Below are positions 1 to 11,818 of a stretch of DNA of 64,000 nucleotides, one piece after another. Under the pieces are notes generated by a model that saw nothing but the letters and a program-made list of their open reading frames with translations, had not been told where the DNA came from and did no database searches. The stretch's first letter is position 1. Each line of letters starts with the position of its first letter. Position numbers and translations under genes: made by a program. The DNA is from Ignavibacteriota bacterium (lineage in GTDB: Bacteria; Bacteroidota; Ignavibacteria; UBA10030): the NCBI GenBank assembly GCA_963727825.1, contig CAVSHO010000009.1, positions 192,001 to 256,000 on the forward strand. The letters run 5' to 3'.

Positions 1-110
1 GGGATAAGTTCTGAAATATTTCCAGACGACCATAATTAAGCCAAAATTTGCAGGAAAAGCAATTTCAGGTAAGACGAAAAATATATAAGTCAAAAGAAGT
101 TTGTTAATCT

Positions 111-317
111 CTACCTTATTTTCCCGCTCATTACAGCTTGAGCAAATGTCTGGAAACTGCGGTCGTAGGTTTGTTCTATACTATTCGGGAAACAACAGGC
201 CGGCAATTCTTGCATACGCAAATGATACTGGATGCATTCACAGCAAGTTCCTTTGCGTGAGCAAGGTTCATAACTACAATTACATTTCTTCAAGTTTTTC
301 GATTTATTACATTCCAT
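111..317 (-). CDS. Small Cys-rich protein (DUF6485-like)
   Basis: 68 aa, pattern CNCSYEPCSRKGTCCECIQYH...LPACCF; GAGGA RBS upstream. Confidence 0.7.
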   Translation of the reverse strand: MECNKSKNLKKCNCSYEPCSRKGTCCECIQYHLRMQELPACCFPNSIEQTYDRSFQTFAQAVMSGKIR

Positions 318-352
318 TTAACATCCTCGTTTACTATTTCCTCTACGTATGA

Positions 353-398
353 CCTTCGGAAGGTTTTATTTGGTTGAGCTCTGCGAACCTTCCGAAGG
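353..398. repeat. REP-like inverted repeat pair (CCTTCGGAAGGTT / AACCTTCCGAAGG)
   Basis: Perfect 13-bp inverted repeat at 353-365 and 386-398, overlapping the 3' end of the 366-2615 gene. Confidence 0.75.
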
Positions 399-2615
399 CG
401 GCTTTAATTCAAACACGCAACGATCAATCCATTCGGTCGTTTCTATCTGAAGAAAAGTATTTGAAGCGAGTGGAAACGATTTCACAAATGCGGTTTTGGC
501 TTTTTCAAATTCCCGCAACTCGAACCAATCTTTTCCTAATCGGCGCAAGCGGAAGAATTCGAGTGTCTTTGATTCCATAGGCCCAACTGATTCCAAGATT
601 CGTGTACTTTCAGCAAAGCGATCTTTCGCGGCATACTCGCGCGCGAGTAGGTAATGCGCTGTCGGACTTTTTAATCGTTCCAATTGTGCAATGCGTGTCG
701 TGTCTTCCATAGAATATGAAAAATAAATTCTAAGCTCGCCGCGTTCCTGTAAATTTTTTAGCGTTTCCAAACGAAGCATACACGCTTCTTCGTTTGACGC
801 GCTCAAATTAATACTTAACATTAACTCATACTCTTGTTTCGTCTTAGCAAGAGAATCCAACGCCCAGTATGCATCGCCGAGCCGAAGATGCAACGGCAAA
901 AGAGTATAACCAATTGCTGTGTCGCGAAGTTGACCATCGACGTATTCAATGAAGTCTTTAAACCGTCGCATCTCGAATAAGGCAGTGGCTTTCTGAAAAA
1001 CGGCCTCCGATGTCTTACTTAACCTCAAAGATTGTTCTGCAGATAGAAATGCCTTTTCATAATCGTGATGGATAATATCTTCTCTTGTTTCGGCGTTCAT
1101 GTTAGCAATTACACGCGCGCATTCCTTTCCAAAAATGGATGGACGCCGGAAGAAGTACTTAGCTTTTATGCTGTCAGCATAATCGAGATGAACGCTTTTA
1201 ACGGAAGTTTGCCACTCTATTAGTAACGATTTCAAATCCTTTTGATAAATATTTTTGAAATCGCCGTTCGCATATAATCGCTTGAACTGATCTACACTAA
1301 ACGAGTCGATGAGAAACCGGCAAAACGATCCGGCAAGTGTGTAACTGATGGAGGGATTGGCTTGAATGAAGCCGGTGAACGTGAAAAGTGATTCAAGATT
1401 CGGGTGAATACCGGACGCAAATACCATCGCCGCAGAGCGATCAAGCGGTTCCTCTATCTGAGAAGTCCGACCCATCGCCACTGCAATTCCTTCAATCAAT
1501 CCAGAATTCGATGCAATTTTCAAAGGCGACCATCCAAACTCCGCCGAAAGCACGTGGACCATTTCATGTTTCAATGCTGATTCAACATCCCCAAGATTGA
1601 TGTGCATCTGCCTCAGCCATGGCTTCGTGAGGTCAGTGTGCACGGCACCGATAAGTCGCCCCTTCTGTTCAGGCGAAGCATAAAGAAATGAGACAATACG
1701 CTCCTGCGAATGAAGGTTCATTTCATGTGAAAGCTTATCAAAGTAAAACTCGTGCAGACTGCCAATTTGTTCAATGTGCTCGCGCTTGATACTCCCTGCA
1801 GAATAGATGATATCAAAATGCGTCGTCTTATAGTTACCGGCAAGTTTCTGCCGGATAAAATCTGCAGATGAAGAAAGTCCAAGACGGTCGCTCAAAGTAA
1901 AAATGATGACAACAACAGGAGCAAGCAGGGCAATAACAATGAGTTCAATAATGGGAGGTGCAGATCTTGTTGAATATGCTGTTTCCTTTTTATTCTGATA
2001 TATCTGCCACAACCAAACAGACCCTGCTGCAAAACATCCGGCAGCGGCAAGTGTCGCCAACCGGTATATCAATAACCGCTGAGTTACCTGAAGCGTTTCG
2101 TCGTAAGTGAAGCCGGGAAAAAATCCTATGATCGGATTGAATGCAAATATTTGCGGACGAATTATGGTAACAAATGGAATATGAAAAAGAATGAGAATGT
2201 AGGTTATTGTAAAAATAGTTTTACGCCATTTTCCAAACACAACTCCAACAAACAACGCAAGCGATATGGAGAAGAATACTCCGGGAATTACTGTTCGTGC
2301 ATACAACTTTACGCCATCGCCAACGGAACAATTCTTCACAAAGAATACATTTGCCAGCGAAATGATAAATGGAATGGCAAGAATGACAAACGAGGCAAAG
2401 GTACTTCTGCCGATAAAACGCCAGACATCCAGTTTGCATTCAGGATTGGTTTGTTTCCAAAGTGCTAATGTCAGAATTCCAGAAATATAACCGGAGAGCA
2501 GAACCGTAAGCGCAGAAAATTCATATCCCAAATAATTGAAAAGCGGAACGCGCGTACAAGCAATAGCGAACAAAACAAGGACAAGAGCAGTAATCTGGAA
2601 TGTGCGGGTTTGCAT
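366..2615 (-). CDS. Multi-pass membrane protein with HExxH metallopeptidase (MA-like) domain and C-terminal TPR-like helices
   Basis: N-terminal hydrophobic helices; HEMVH followed by GLIEGIA; start set at ATG 2615 because the upstream extension lies in a REP. Confidence 0.7.
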   Translation of the reverse strand: MQTRTFQITALVLVLFAIACTRVPLFNYLGYEFSALTVLLSGYISGILTLALWKQTNPECKLDVWRFIGRSTFASFVILAIPFIISLANVFFVKNCSVGDGVKLYARTVIPGVFFSISLALFVGVVFGKWRKTIFTITYILILFHIPFVTIIRPQIFAFNPIIGFFPGFTYDETLQVTQRLLIYRLATLAAAGCFAAGSVWLWQIYQNKKETAYSTRSAPPIIELIVIALLAPVVVIIFTLSDRLGLSSSADFIRQKLAGNYKTTHFDIIYSAGSIKREHIEQIGSLHEFYFDKLSHEMNLHSQERIVSFLYASPEQKGRLIGAVHTDLTKPWLRQMHINLGDVESALKHEMVHVLSAEFGWSPLKIASNSGLIEGIAVAMGRTSQIEEPLDRSAAMVFASGIHPNLESLFTFTGFIQANPSISYTLAGSFCRFLIDSFSVDQFKRLYANGDFKNIYQKDLKSLLIEWQTSVKSVHLDYADSIKAKYFFRRPSIFGKECARVIANMNAETREDIIHHDYEKAFLSAEQSLRLSKTSEAVFQKATALFEMRRFKDFIEYVDGQLRDTAIGYTLLPLHLRLGDAYWALDSLAKTKQEYELMLSINLSASNEEACMLRLETLKNLQERGELRIYFSYSMEDTTRIAQLERLKSPTAHYLLAREYAAKDRFAESTRILESVGPMESKTLEFFRLRRLGKDWFELREFEKAKTAFVKSFPLASNTFLQIETTEWIDRCVFELKPPSEGSQSSTK

Positions 2616-2625
2616 GGTCTCGGTT

Positions 2626-2672
2626 ACCTTCCGAAAGTTATCTTCGTTCAAACTGGGGAACTTTCGGAAGGT
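2626..2672. repeat. REP-like inverted repeat pair (ACCTTCCGAAAGTT / AACTTTCGGAAGGT)
   Basis: Perfect 14-bp inverted repeat at 2626-2639 and 2659-2672; same family as 353-398. Confidence 0.75.
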
Positions 2673-2684
2673 TTCATCGGGTAA

Positions 2685-3956
2685 TTAGAATTCCTCGCCT
2701 TGTTCACGGCGAATGTCAGCACCAAGTGCTTGGAGTTTTTTCTCCATTGATTCGTATCCACGATCAATGTGGTATACGCGAAGAACTTCCGTTGTTCCTT
2801 CAGCAACAAGTCCGGCGAGAATAAGCGATGCGCTCGCACGCAAATCCGTAGACATTACTTTCGCTCCTGCTAATTTTTTTACACCAACGACTGTTGCAAT
2901 ATTTTCTTTCACAGTGATATTGGCGCCAAGCCGAACAAGTTCGGGAACGTGCATGAAGCGGTCAAAATACACCGTGTCTGTTATTATACTGGTACCGCCT
3001 GCCAACGACATCAATGCGATCCATTGTGCTTGCATATCGGTCGGGAAGCCAGGATAAATCGCAGTCGTTGCATTGATAGGTACAATTTTTTCAGGTGGAG
3101 TGAGTTCTATCCAATCGACACCAGTGGTAATTTTTGCTCCGGCATCCTCCAACTTAATTATTAAAGCACCGATATGATGAGGATTGCATTTCTCTAATCT
3201 TATAACATTGCCACGTTTACCCGCTATCGCACCAGCAATGAGAAATGTTCCTGCTTCGATACGATCTGGAATTGTTGCAATATCTGCAGGATGCAATTCA
3301 TCAACACCTTCAATTTCTATACGTCCTGTACCAATACCATGAATCTTCGCGCCCATTTTCAATAAGAATTCGGCCAATTGAACAATTTCCGGTTCTTGCG
3401 CCGCATTCTCAATAAGTGTTGTACCCTTTGCAAGCACCGCCGCCATCATTACATTGCCTGTTGCACCAACACTGGAAATATCAAAAAGGATACGTGCTCC
3501 GCGCAGACGTTTTGCCTTCGCTATGATATAACCTGCTTCAAGATCAATCTCGGCTCCAAGCCGGCGAATGCCTTCGATGTGCAAATTCACCGGACGCGGT
3601 CCCCACGCGCAACCGCCGGGAAGCGAAACCCTCGCTTGACCGAATCTTGCCACCAACGGACCTAATACATAAATGGACGCGCGCATTTTCTTCACGTGTT
3701 CGTACGGCGCTTCGTAACTGTTAAGCGTTGTCGTATCGATAGTCATTGTCTGCTCGACTGACGAGACTTGAATACCCATCGTCTCAAGCAGACGGCTCAT
3801 CGTCGTTACATCGCGCAGATTTGGCGTGTTGGAAAGATGAGAAGTGCCACTTGCAAGAATTGTTGCAGGCATTAATGCCAATGAAGCATTCTTCGCACCG
3901 CCTATAGCAACTGTGCCGCTAATAAATTTCCCGCCGCTGATAACAAATTTATCCAA
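2685..3956 (-). CDS. murA: UDP-N-acetylglucosamine 1-carboxyvinyltransferase
   Basis: [22 protein letters not shown] (catalytic Cys), [12 protein letters not shown] motifs; TTG start at 3956 with AAGGAG RBS (ORF-track extension to 4415 is spurious). Confidence 0.97.
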   Translation of the reverse strand: MDKFVISGGKFISGTVAIGGAKNASLALMPATILASGTSHLSNTPNLRDVTTMSRLLETMGIQVSSVEQTMTIDTTTLNSYEAPYEHVKKMRASIYVLGPLVARFGQARVSLPGGCAWGPRPVNLHIEGIRRLGAEIDLEAGYIIAKAKRLRGARILFDISSVGATGNVMMAAVLAKGTTLIENAAQEPEIVQLAEFLLKMGAKIHGIGTGRIEIEGVDELHPADIATIPDRIEAGTFLIAGAIAGKRGNVIRLEKCNPHHIGALIIKLEDAGAKITTGVDWIELTPPEKIVPINATTAIYPGFPTDMQAQWIALMSLAGGTSIITDTVYFDRFMHVPELVRLGANITVKENIATVVGVKKLAGAKVMSTDLRASASLILAGLVAEGTTEVLRVYHIDRGYESMEKKLQALGADIRREQGEEF

Positions 3957-4091
3957 GACTTGCTCCTTTAATCTAAAAGGATTATGTTCATTCGTGAAAT
4001 AAATATAGGCGTTAATGGACTGAAAGGCAAAGTAACAATATGTCAATATTGATTGGCTTAATAATATTGTCAGGATTCTATGAAGATTGAT

Positions 4092-4625
4092 ATGAAACAA
4101 ACAAAATATCCAGAGACTATTTCTGCAATTCACAATCGCAAGAGCGTACGGAATTTCACAGGTGAATCTGTGACACAAAATGAAATTGATATCTTGCTGA
4201 AAGCCGCGATGGCAGCGCCGAGCGCTGTCAATTGTCAGCCATGGGAATTTATTATTGTGACTGACCGAAAAACACTTGACGCACTTGGCGATGCGCTGCC
4301 GTACGCGAAGATGATTTATAAAGCTGGAGCTGCAATAATCGTGTGCGGAGTGCCTGCAAAAGCGCATAAGCAGATGGAAGAGTATGCTGTGATCGATTCC
4401 ACTCTCGCTAGCCAAAATATTTTACTTGCCGCAGAAGCAATAGGACTCGGCGCAATATGGACCGCAGCATATCCATATCCCGACAGAATGAGATCCGTAA
4501 AAACGATTTTGAATATTCCAGAAAATATCATCCCGCTAAATGTCATTCCCATCGGGCATCCAACAGGTGAAGATAGGCCTAAGGAAAAGTTCGATTCGAG
4601 AAAAATTCACAAGGGAAAATGGTAA
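4092..4625 (+). CDS. Nitroreductase family protein
   Basis: RKSVRNF, AAPSAVNCQPWEF, GLGAIW motifs; start may be 4080. Confidence 0.92.
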   Translation: MKQTKYPETISAIHNRKSVRNFTGESVTQNEIDILLKAAMAAPSAVNCQPWEFIIVTDRKTLDALGDALPYAKMIYKAGAAIIVCGVPAKAHKQMEEYAVIDSTLASQNILLAAEAIGLGAIWTAAYPYPDRMRSVKTILNIPENIIPLNVIPIGHPTGEDRPKEKFDSRKIHKGKW

Positions 4626-4785
4626 GATGCAAATTGCTTCAGTTAGCTTTATTCCAATGCTTGTCTTTGGTAGAAATTTTAATTAAATAGTTTTCAGTAG
4701 TTAATATAGAGAAGTCGGATACTAGTCCTCAGAGAAGCTTTATTTATGACCACATAACCGAAGGTGTTTAATTACAAATTACTAG

Positions 4786-6096
<1,311 letters not shown>

Positions 6097-6111
6097 TAGC
6101 ATTTATTCGAT

Positions 6112-7346
6112 ATGAAGACAGCATCGCTTATCAAATCTGCTGCGACCGGCTCTGTTTCTTTATCCGGTCGATTGAAGATTTTTTTGATGGTGATTGCCTT
6201 CATCATTATTGCCGTGCACGCTGTGGTACACGCACAATCTTGTGCAGGCATTGAGCCAAAAGGAAAAAGATGTCGCAGACCTTTACGCCAAGTCGTTTGA
6301 GTACCTTGTAAATGGTAAAGTTGGGGATGGAGACTATAATTTTCTCTTCACCGAAATCATTAATACAGTTGATTTCCCAGTCATATTGACGGATCGAAAC
6401 AACGAGCCCGAACTTCCCTATAATAAAAATATCAAGAACATCTCGCTGAATTCTAATTTGCCAGGTGAAGAACAACGTCAGTTTTTGAAAAATATTGTCA
6501 CTGATTTGGACCGCTCTCATCAGCCCATCAAGGTTGTATATCAGGACACCATCATATTGAGTTATCTTCACTATGGTGAATCGACACTCATAGTTCAACT
6601 TCGCTGGCTTCCTTATGTAGAGCTTGCCGTTGCGGCGCTTTTTATTCTTATCGGTTACATCAGTTTCAGTTATATCAAACGAAGCGAGCAAAGCAATATT
6701 TGGGTCGGGATGGCAAGAGAGACAGCACATCAATTAGGCACACCGATATCCAGTATGCTCGGCTGGGTTGAACTGCTTAAAGAACAATCTGAAGGCGACA
6801 TGAAAACAACGGAGACACTGCTGGATATGGAAAGTGATCTTCACCGCCTCCAAAAAATCGCAGATCGATTTTCAAAAATCGGATCCAAACCCGACTTGCA
6901 CGAAGAGGACATTACCGAAGTGATTGGCAAGGTCACTGAATACTTCCAACGGCGGATTCCACAAACCGGCAAAAAAGTTCATCTTGTCATTGAATCGGTA
7001 GAACCGGTTCGGGCACGTATCAACCGAGAGTTATTCGAATGGGTTATAGAGAACCTTACCAAGAATGCGCTTGATGCAATTGAGAACGGCGAGGGAACAA
7101 TCGCTTTTTTAATATCAGAACAGGGCAAGCATGTATTTGTTGATGTTTCCGACACCGGTAAAGGTATCATACCTCAAACACCGGAATGATGTGTTTCGCC
7201 CCGGTTTTTCAACGAAGAAGCGCGGGTGGGGTTTAGGATTAAGTTTATCAAAACGCATCATAGAAGCATATCATGCCGGCAAACTTTTTCTCAAAGAAAA
7301 CAATTCCGGATTCAAAACTACATTTCGTATTATGTTGAATAAGTGA
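6112..7346 (+). CDS. Sensor histidine kinase with two apparent frameshifts (~6215, ~7168)
   Basis: Three overlapping ORFs join into TM-sensor-TM, H-box ETAHQLGTP, N-box NLTKNALDA, G1 DTGKG and G2 FSTKKRGWGLGL. Confidence 0.88.
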
Positions 7347-7353
7347 GGAACAT

Positions 7354-8271
7354 ATGAAACGTTTATGGATTCTTCTGAGCATTACTCTTTTTGCGTCTTC
7401 GTTTGTAATTGCGCAGATGCCCATAGAGGACGAACTGTATGCTTCTGTTCTTGGTATAGAAGGTGGAACGCGCCTCGAACGCGGCCAGTTCATTAAAGAA
7501 AAGCTGCACAAGATGGGTGTTGGATATGTAACGGCACCATTCAAGGATATTTCCCGCGTTAAGAAAGACACGATAATAATTTCAGGCGAAAATATTGTTG
7601 TACGCGTTGGACAAGGGACAAGACGTATTGTTGTCGGCGCGCATTACGATGCGTTCAAAGACTCACCCGGCGCAAACGATAACGGCAGCGGTGTTGCTGT
7701 GGTAATGGCTCTTATCCAGCACCTGCAAAATACGGAATGGAATTACTCCGTTGATTTCTGTTTTTTCGATCAAGAGGAATCGAAATTGATGGGATCGATG
7801 TATTACGTTAAACAGTTTGTCCTTCCACAAAAACATATTGCAATGATCAACTTGGATATTGAAGGCACAGGCGAAGAAGTGTTTGTTGGACCGGTTGGCA
7901 TGAATAGTCGAACAATTATGCGCTATGTTCATGATGCGGTGAAAGAAACAGGATTCCCATACTTTGAGAGTGCGGATTTCCCCGCTTCGGATCATTTATC
8001 GTTTGCAAGATTCAATTTGCAGAATATTGCCATTTCGATCGTGCCGAAAGGCGACTCCGAGCGGCTAATCAAGTATGTGCAAAACGGTTATAAACCTGAT
8101 TCTCTCGACGCGCCAAAAGTTCTCGCCGTTATGCGCACGGTGGATGACCGTTCAAATCTTGTATCTCCAGCCTCTCTGAAAATGTCGTACGAGTTTACAA
8201 AAACCTTACTCCTTTTGCTCAATGAAGGTCGGTTTATAGAAATACCAAAGGAATTGCCGAAGAAGAAATAA
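7354..8271 (+). CDS. M28 family peptidase, secreted
   Basis: Signal peptide; GAHYD, GANDNGSG, EE, NLD, SDH motifs. Confidence 0.85.
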   Translation: MKRLWILLSITLFASSFVIAQMPIEDELYASVLGIEGGTRLERGQFIKEKLHKMGVGYVTAPFKDISRVKKDTIIISGENIVVRVGQGTRRIVVGAHYDAFKDSPGANDNGSGVAVVMALIQHLQNTEWNYSVDFCFFDQEESKLMGSMYYVKQFVLPQKHIAMINLDIEGTGEEVFVGPVGMNSRTIMRYVHDAVKETGFPYFESADFPASDHLSFARFNLQNIAISIVPKGDSERLIKYVQNGYKPDSLDAPKVLAVMRTVDDRSNLVSPASLKMSYEFTKTLLLLLNEGRFIEIPKELPKKK

Positions 8272-8763
8272 GATCGTTTTAGTATAGAATAATTATTTTA
8301 GTAATTTTATTTTCGGGCACTCTAACGTATGGACGCTAAGCTACCGTGTTGATAAATTTTTAGCATAGCCACGGTTTGGCCGCAATATGCACAAAACAAA
8401 ACGAGTTCATGCCTAGACTTTCAATTTTGTGTTCAGCTTCAACCTGTCTGCCCCGTCGCTCTTTGACGGGGAGTGTCTGATAGGCGGTATACCGAATTCA
8501 ATTTCTTCTTCTTATATATATCCGATTATGTTGATATCTCTCTCTAATTCATATGGAAGCTGTCTAACTATTGGGCCATCAAAAACAGTAATGCTGAATA
8601 AGTGCGCAACATTGTATTTTTATAAATATATTTTAGAACAATCTACCTTATAGAGTAACTCTACTTTGCAAGCGCAACTTCATAATTACATAAATGCCGC
8701 ACTAAAAAAGTTGTCCGTGTTAATCGGCGGGTTAGTTACGTCAAGAATATTTAATATTTCTTA

Positions 8764-8989
8764 ACGATGTTACGCAATGTAAGTTGATCTATAGCCACGA
8801 CGTTTACGTCGTGGACAAATAATAAAGCATCATTGGCTTTAGCTGCTTTTTGAATAGTTTTGGGCTTGGCAAAAAGCCATCCCTTTGAGAAAAGCCCATT
8901 GAAGAGAAATTAAAACCACGACCTGTCCCGAAGGGATGGAGTTGCCAAAGGTCGTAGCAATATTCTATTGCATTGTGCGTAACATCAGT
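8764..8989. mobile_element. MITE-like element (TIR ACTGATGTTACGCA, 5-bp TSD TCTTA) carrying REP palindromes
   Basis: Left AC-GATGTTACGCA at 8764, right TGCGTAACATCAGT at 8976-8989; TCTTA at 8759-8763 and 8990-8994; internal CCACGACGTTTACGTCGTGG hairpin. Confidence 0.8.
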
Positions 8990-10478
8990 TCTTAAGTAAT
9001 TTATTCAAGATATTTCTTATTTCAACTCCCCACGATGGTCTTGGAGCATCCTTGTTTATTAAATTTCCTTTCTTGTCCATTATCATATAAGTGGGGTAAC
9101 CGGGAAATTTCAAACCACTTCTAATTAAATCTGTCTCTTCTTCATTAAAGAAGTAATTGTCTCCTTTGATATGATTTTGCGAAATAACCTTTTCCCAATC
9201 TTCTTTCTTTGAGGACAAACATAAATTTACAAATGCTACCGATTTACTTTTGAAGTAATCTTGTAATTCAATTTCAAATGGTATTTCTGCACGGCAAGGG
9301 CCACACGACGTCTCCCAGATATCAATGTAAATAATTTTATTTTTGTGCTTAGAATGAAGTGTTTCTAAAAACTTCCTCACTGACTTAAACTTTAATCCAC
9401 TATTTGAATTTATAGAATCATCTTAATTTATATGTTTGATTTATAGAATCATCTTTTTTATACGTTTGATTTTTAGAAATCGTTATATCTTCATTAACAG
9501 TTTTAAGCAATACAGGATTATTTATATATTTCTTATAATTATTCGACATAGCTGCTACGCTATCTAAAAAAATGCCGGAAGGCCTGTAGTCATAAAAATC
9601 GAGAAATACTTTATAAATCATAATGTCTCTGCTTAATCCTGGTTTTTCATTTTTTATAATGTTATTAAAAACTCTGCTATAAGCATTTCTAAAATCTTTT
9701 CTCTTGCCCAATTGAGCAGAAATGGAATCGCTCATAATATATTTAACTACAGCATAATTAGATAAGTGTGCTGTATACAGAAAACTCACAATGGCAGAGT
9801 CTTTATCGACCGGAAACAGATTGGTATTAAATACATCGGTTTTATATTGTTTGTAATTCATATCATAGTATGCAAAATAACCGAGCAAATAATTAGCTAG
9901 GCTGTATTTTATATCATTTTGTGCCCAATACTTGAATTTATCGGTTGGATTTTCTTTCATACAAACACATTTAAAATCGAATCTTCAATATTCATCTGGT
10001 TTTTCAAGTCATTTAAAAATTCACTAATCGATTTATTATATACCGGCTTATAAGTATATGGATTATGAAATTGCAAATATTCTCGAATATCATTCGTAGT
10101 AGAAGAATTTGGTCCGGTAACTTTAAAATACGGGTAGTTATCTTTTTTAAATATGTTTGCATCCAAGTCTAAGAATAAACTGTCCCCCGGTTCTATGTAT
10201 AAAGTTGCAAAACCATTTTCATAAAACAGGTTTACACCCTGAGGGTTGAAAAGCTCAATTTCTAATTTAAAATTCCCCAAAGAATCTAATATTGCAGTTT
10301 GTTCAATATCTTCGATAACTCCTCCGGCAGCAAAACGTAGCACCCTTGCATCGTCATTAAAATTATGTACTTTGCCTTCGATTATAGCCTTGCCTTTTTT
10401 AAGTATTATTTCTGTATGATTATTAGTATTGCAGCCAAATAAAAAAATTAAAATTAGAGCGCAAATTAATTTTCTCAT
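8985..10478 (-). CDS. TlpA-family thioredoxin-like lipoprotein with two apparent frameshifts (~9965, ~9423)
   Basis: Lipobox LFGC; C-terminal DIWETSCGPC (CxxC) and GYPTY cis-Pro motif; three ORF pieces; AT-rich. Confidence 0.8.
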
Positions 10479-10647
10479 GATATAACCTTCCTTTTTATAA
10501 ACATAAAAAATTAATTTTTTAACTTTTGCACTATAGGTAACTAATGATCGCTCCCTAACGAATGGGTCTCTGCCAAAAAGACGCCTGCCGGTGGGCAGTG
10601 CGGACAAGTAAGCTGCCGTGCTGAATATTTACAAAAATCACCTTCTG

Positions 10648-11196
10648 CTATTGTTGCAACGGCGGCTGTGGTGGAGTTGTTGGTTTTTTCTTCCCTAAAA
10701 TTCCATATCCGATAATTCCGCCAAGCATAGAAAATATCGGATAGAGAATCAAAGCATAAACCAGGGATCGAAGAATTCCGCCAATTGTGCCTGCCTGCTT
10801 GATCGATTGCTCAAATTGATCGCGCATATTATCCAACGTGCCCGACGGAATAGAACCGTTGTCTTCTAACTTCTGTGTTAATTTCTCCATAAAGCTGCGC
10901 ATCATTTCCGTTTCTACCGGACCGAGAATCAGATTAATCATTGCACTAAGGCATGTCGTCACCAATGCACCTGCAATACCTGCGATGATTCCTAAAATCA
11001 GCGCATCGGATGATTCCATCGGCGGCATTTCATCCGTAAATTCTTTCCTATAAAGATAAACCGATATCGCACCGCCCAAAAGAATTCCGGCGCAGCAACA
11101 GCAATTAAGCAGGTTCAAACCCGGGATTCCCGAGATCGCGCCGATAATGAGTCCGCCAAGAATGGCTGAGCGTAGTTTACTGGGTTTTTCGATCAT
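10648..11196 (-). CDS. Membrane protein (DUF4199-like) with NCCCC motif
   Basis: 4 hydrophobic helices; overlaps the upstream gene. Confidence 0.7.
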   Translation of the reverse strand: MIEKPSKLRSAILGGLIIGAISGIPGLNLLNCCCCAGILLGGAISVYLYRKEFTDEMPPMESSDALILGIIAGIAGALVTTCLSAMINLILGPVETEMMRSFMEKLTQKLEDNGSIPSGTLDNMRDQFEQSIKQAGTIGGILRSLVYALILYPIFSMLGGIIGYGILGKKKPTTPPQPPLQQ

Positions 11197-11698
11197 ATGT
11201 ATATGCTCCAGAATCTAGTGATTGAATTTTCTTTCTATAAATTAACTGCGAACATGCCTCGATAAGAAGCGGAACAATGCACCATGGCATCACGCCGCCG
11301 AATAACAAACCCGTTACCACGCGTGTTATCGTTGTGCTGGCGTGAAGACCGGTATCATTCAACATCACGTCAATAAGCATTGGAATAATTACGGCAATCA
11401 TTAGCACCGGTTTCGGAATGTGTTTTCGCCTAAGTGCACCGGACAACGGCATCAACAGCAATCCTGCAAGAAATCCAAAATAGATTGCACTGCACCGGAT
11501 GCATACACCAGACTTTTCTCCTTCAACATGAAATGAACGCGCATCGTTCTGATGACAGATACGTGAGAAGAAGGAGTATACAATGTCTGCACTGCCGTGC
11601 AATCCGCCATGCTTAAGCATAGGAGCGGCGAGAATTCCCGCGCACCAGAAAGCGACAAGAACTGTGATAATAATATAAATTCTGACTGATATTTTCAT
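11177..11698 (-). CDS. DUF2085 family membrane protein
   Basis: FSRICHQ..RSF..CIRCSAIY signature. Confidence 0.8.
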   Translation of the reverse strand: MKISVRIYIIITVLVAFWCAGILAAPMLKHGGLHGSADIVYSFFSRICHQNDARSFHVEGEKSGVCIRCSAIYFGFLAGLLLMPLSGALRRKHIPKPVLMIAVIIPMLIDVMLNDTGLHASTTITRVVTGLLFGGVMPWCIVPLLIEACSQLIYRKKIQSLDSGAYTYDRKTQ

Positions 11699-11818
11699 AA
11701 TGTTGTGGTGATATTATCGGAACAAAAGCCCACTTTGTCAAGCATAAGTCAAACATTGGCGGGCTTGCTTTTCCATCAGGTTTCAGATATATTGAAACAC
11801 ATTTTTGGAAAGGGTATT

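Noticed and set aside
1-33. Possible start of a - strand gene (MVVWKYFRTYP)
   Set aside because: Too short to support within this window.
3957-4415. 153-aa N-terminal extension of MurA in the ORF track
   Set aside because: It overlaps the nitroreductase antisense; the real TTG start with RBS is at 3956.
8429-8653. 74-aa ORF in the repeat-rich intergenic region
   Set aside because: It runs through palindromic and attC-like DNA, has a GTG start and lacks protein-like features.
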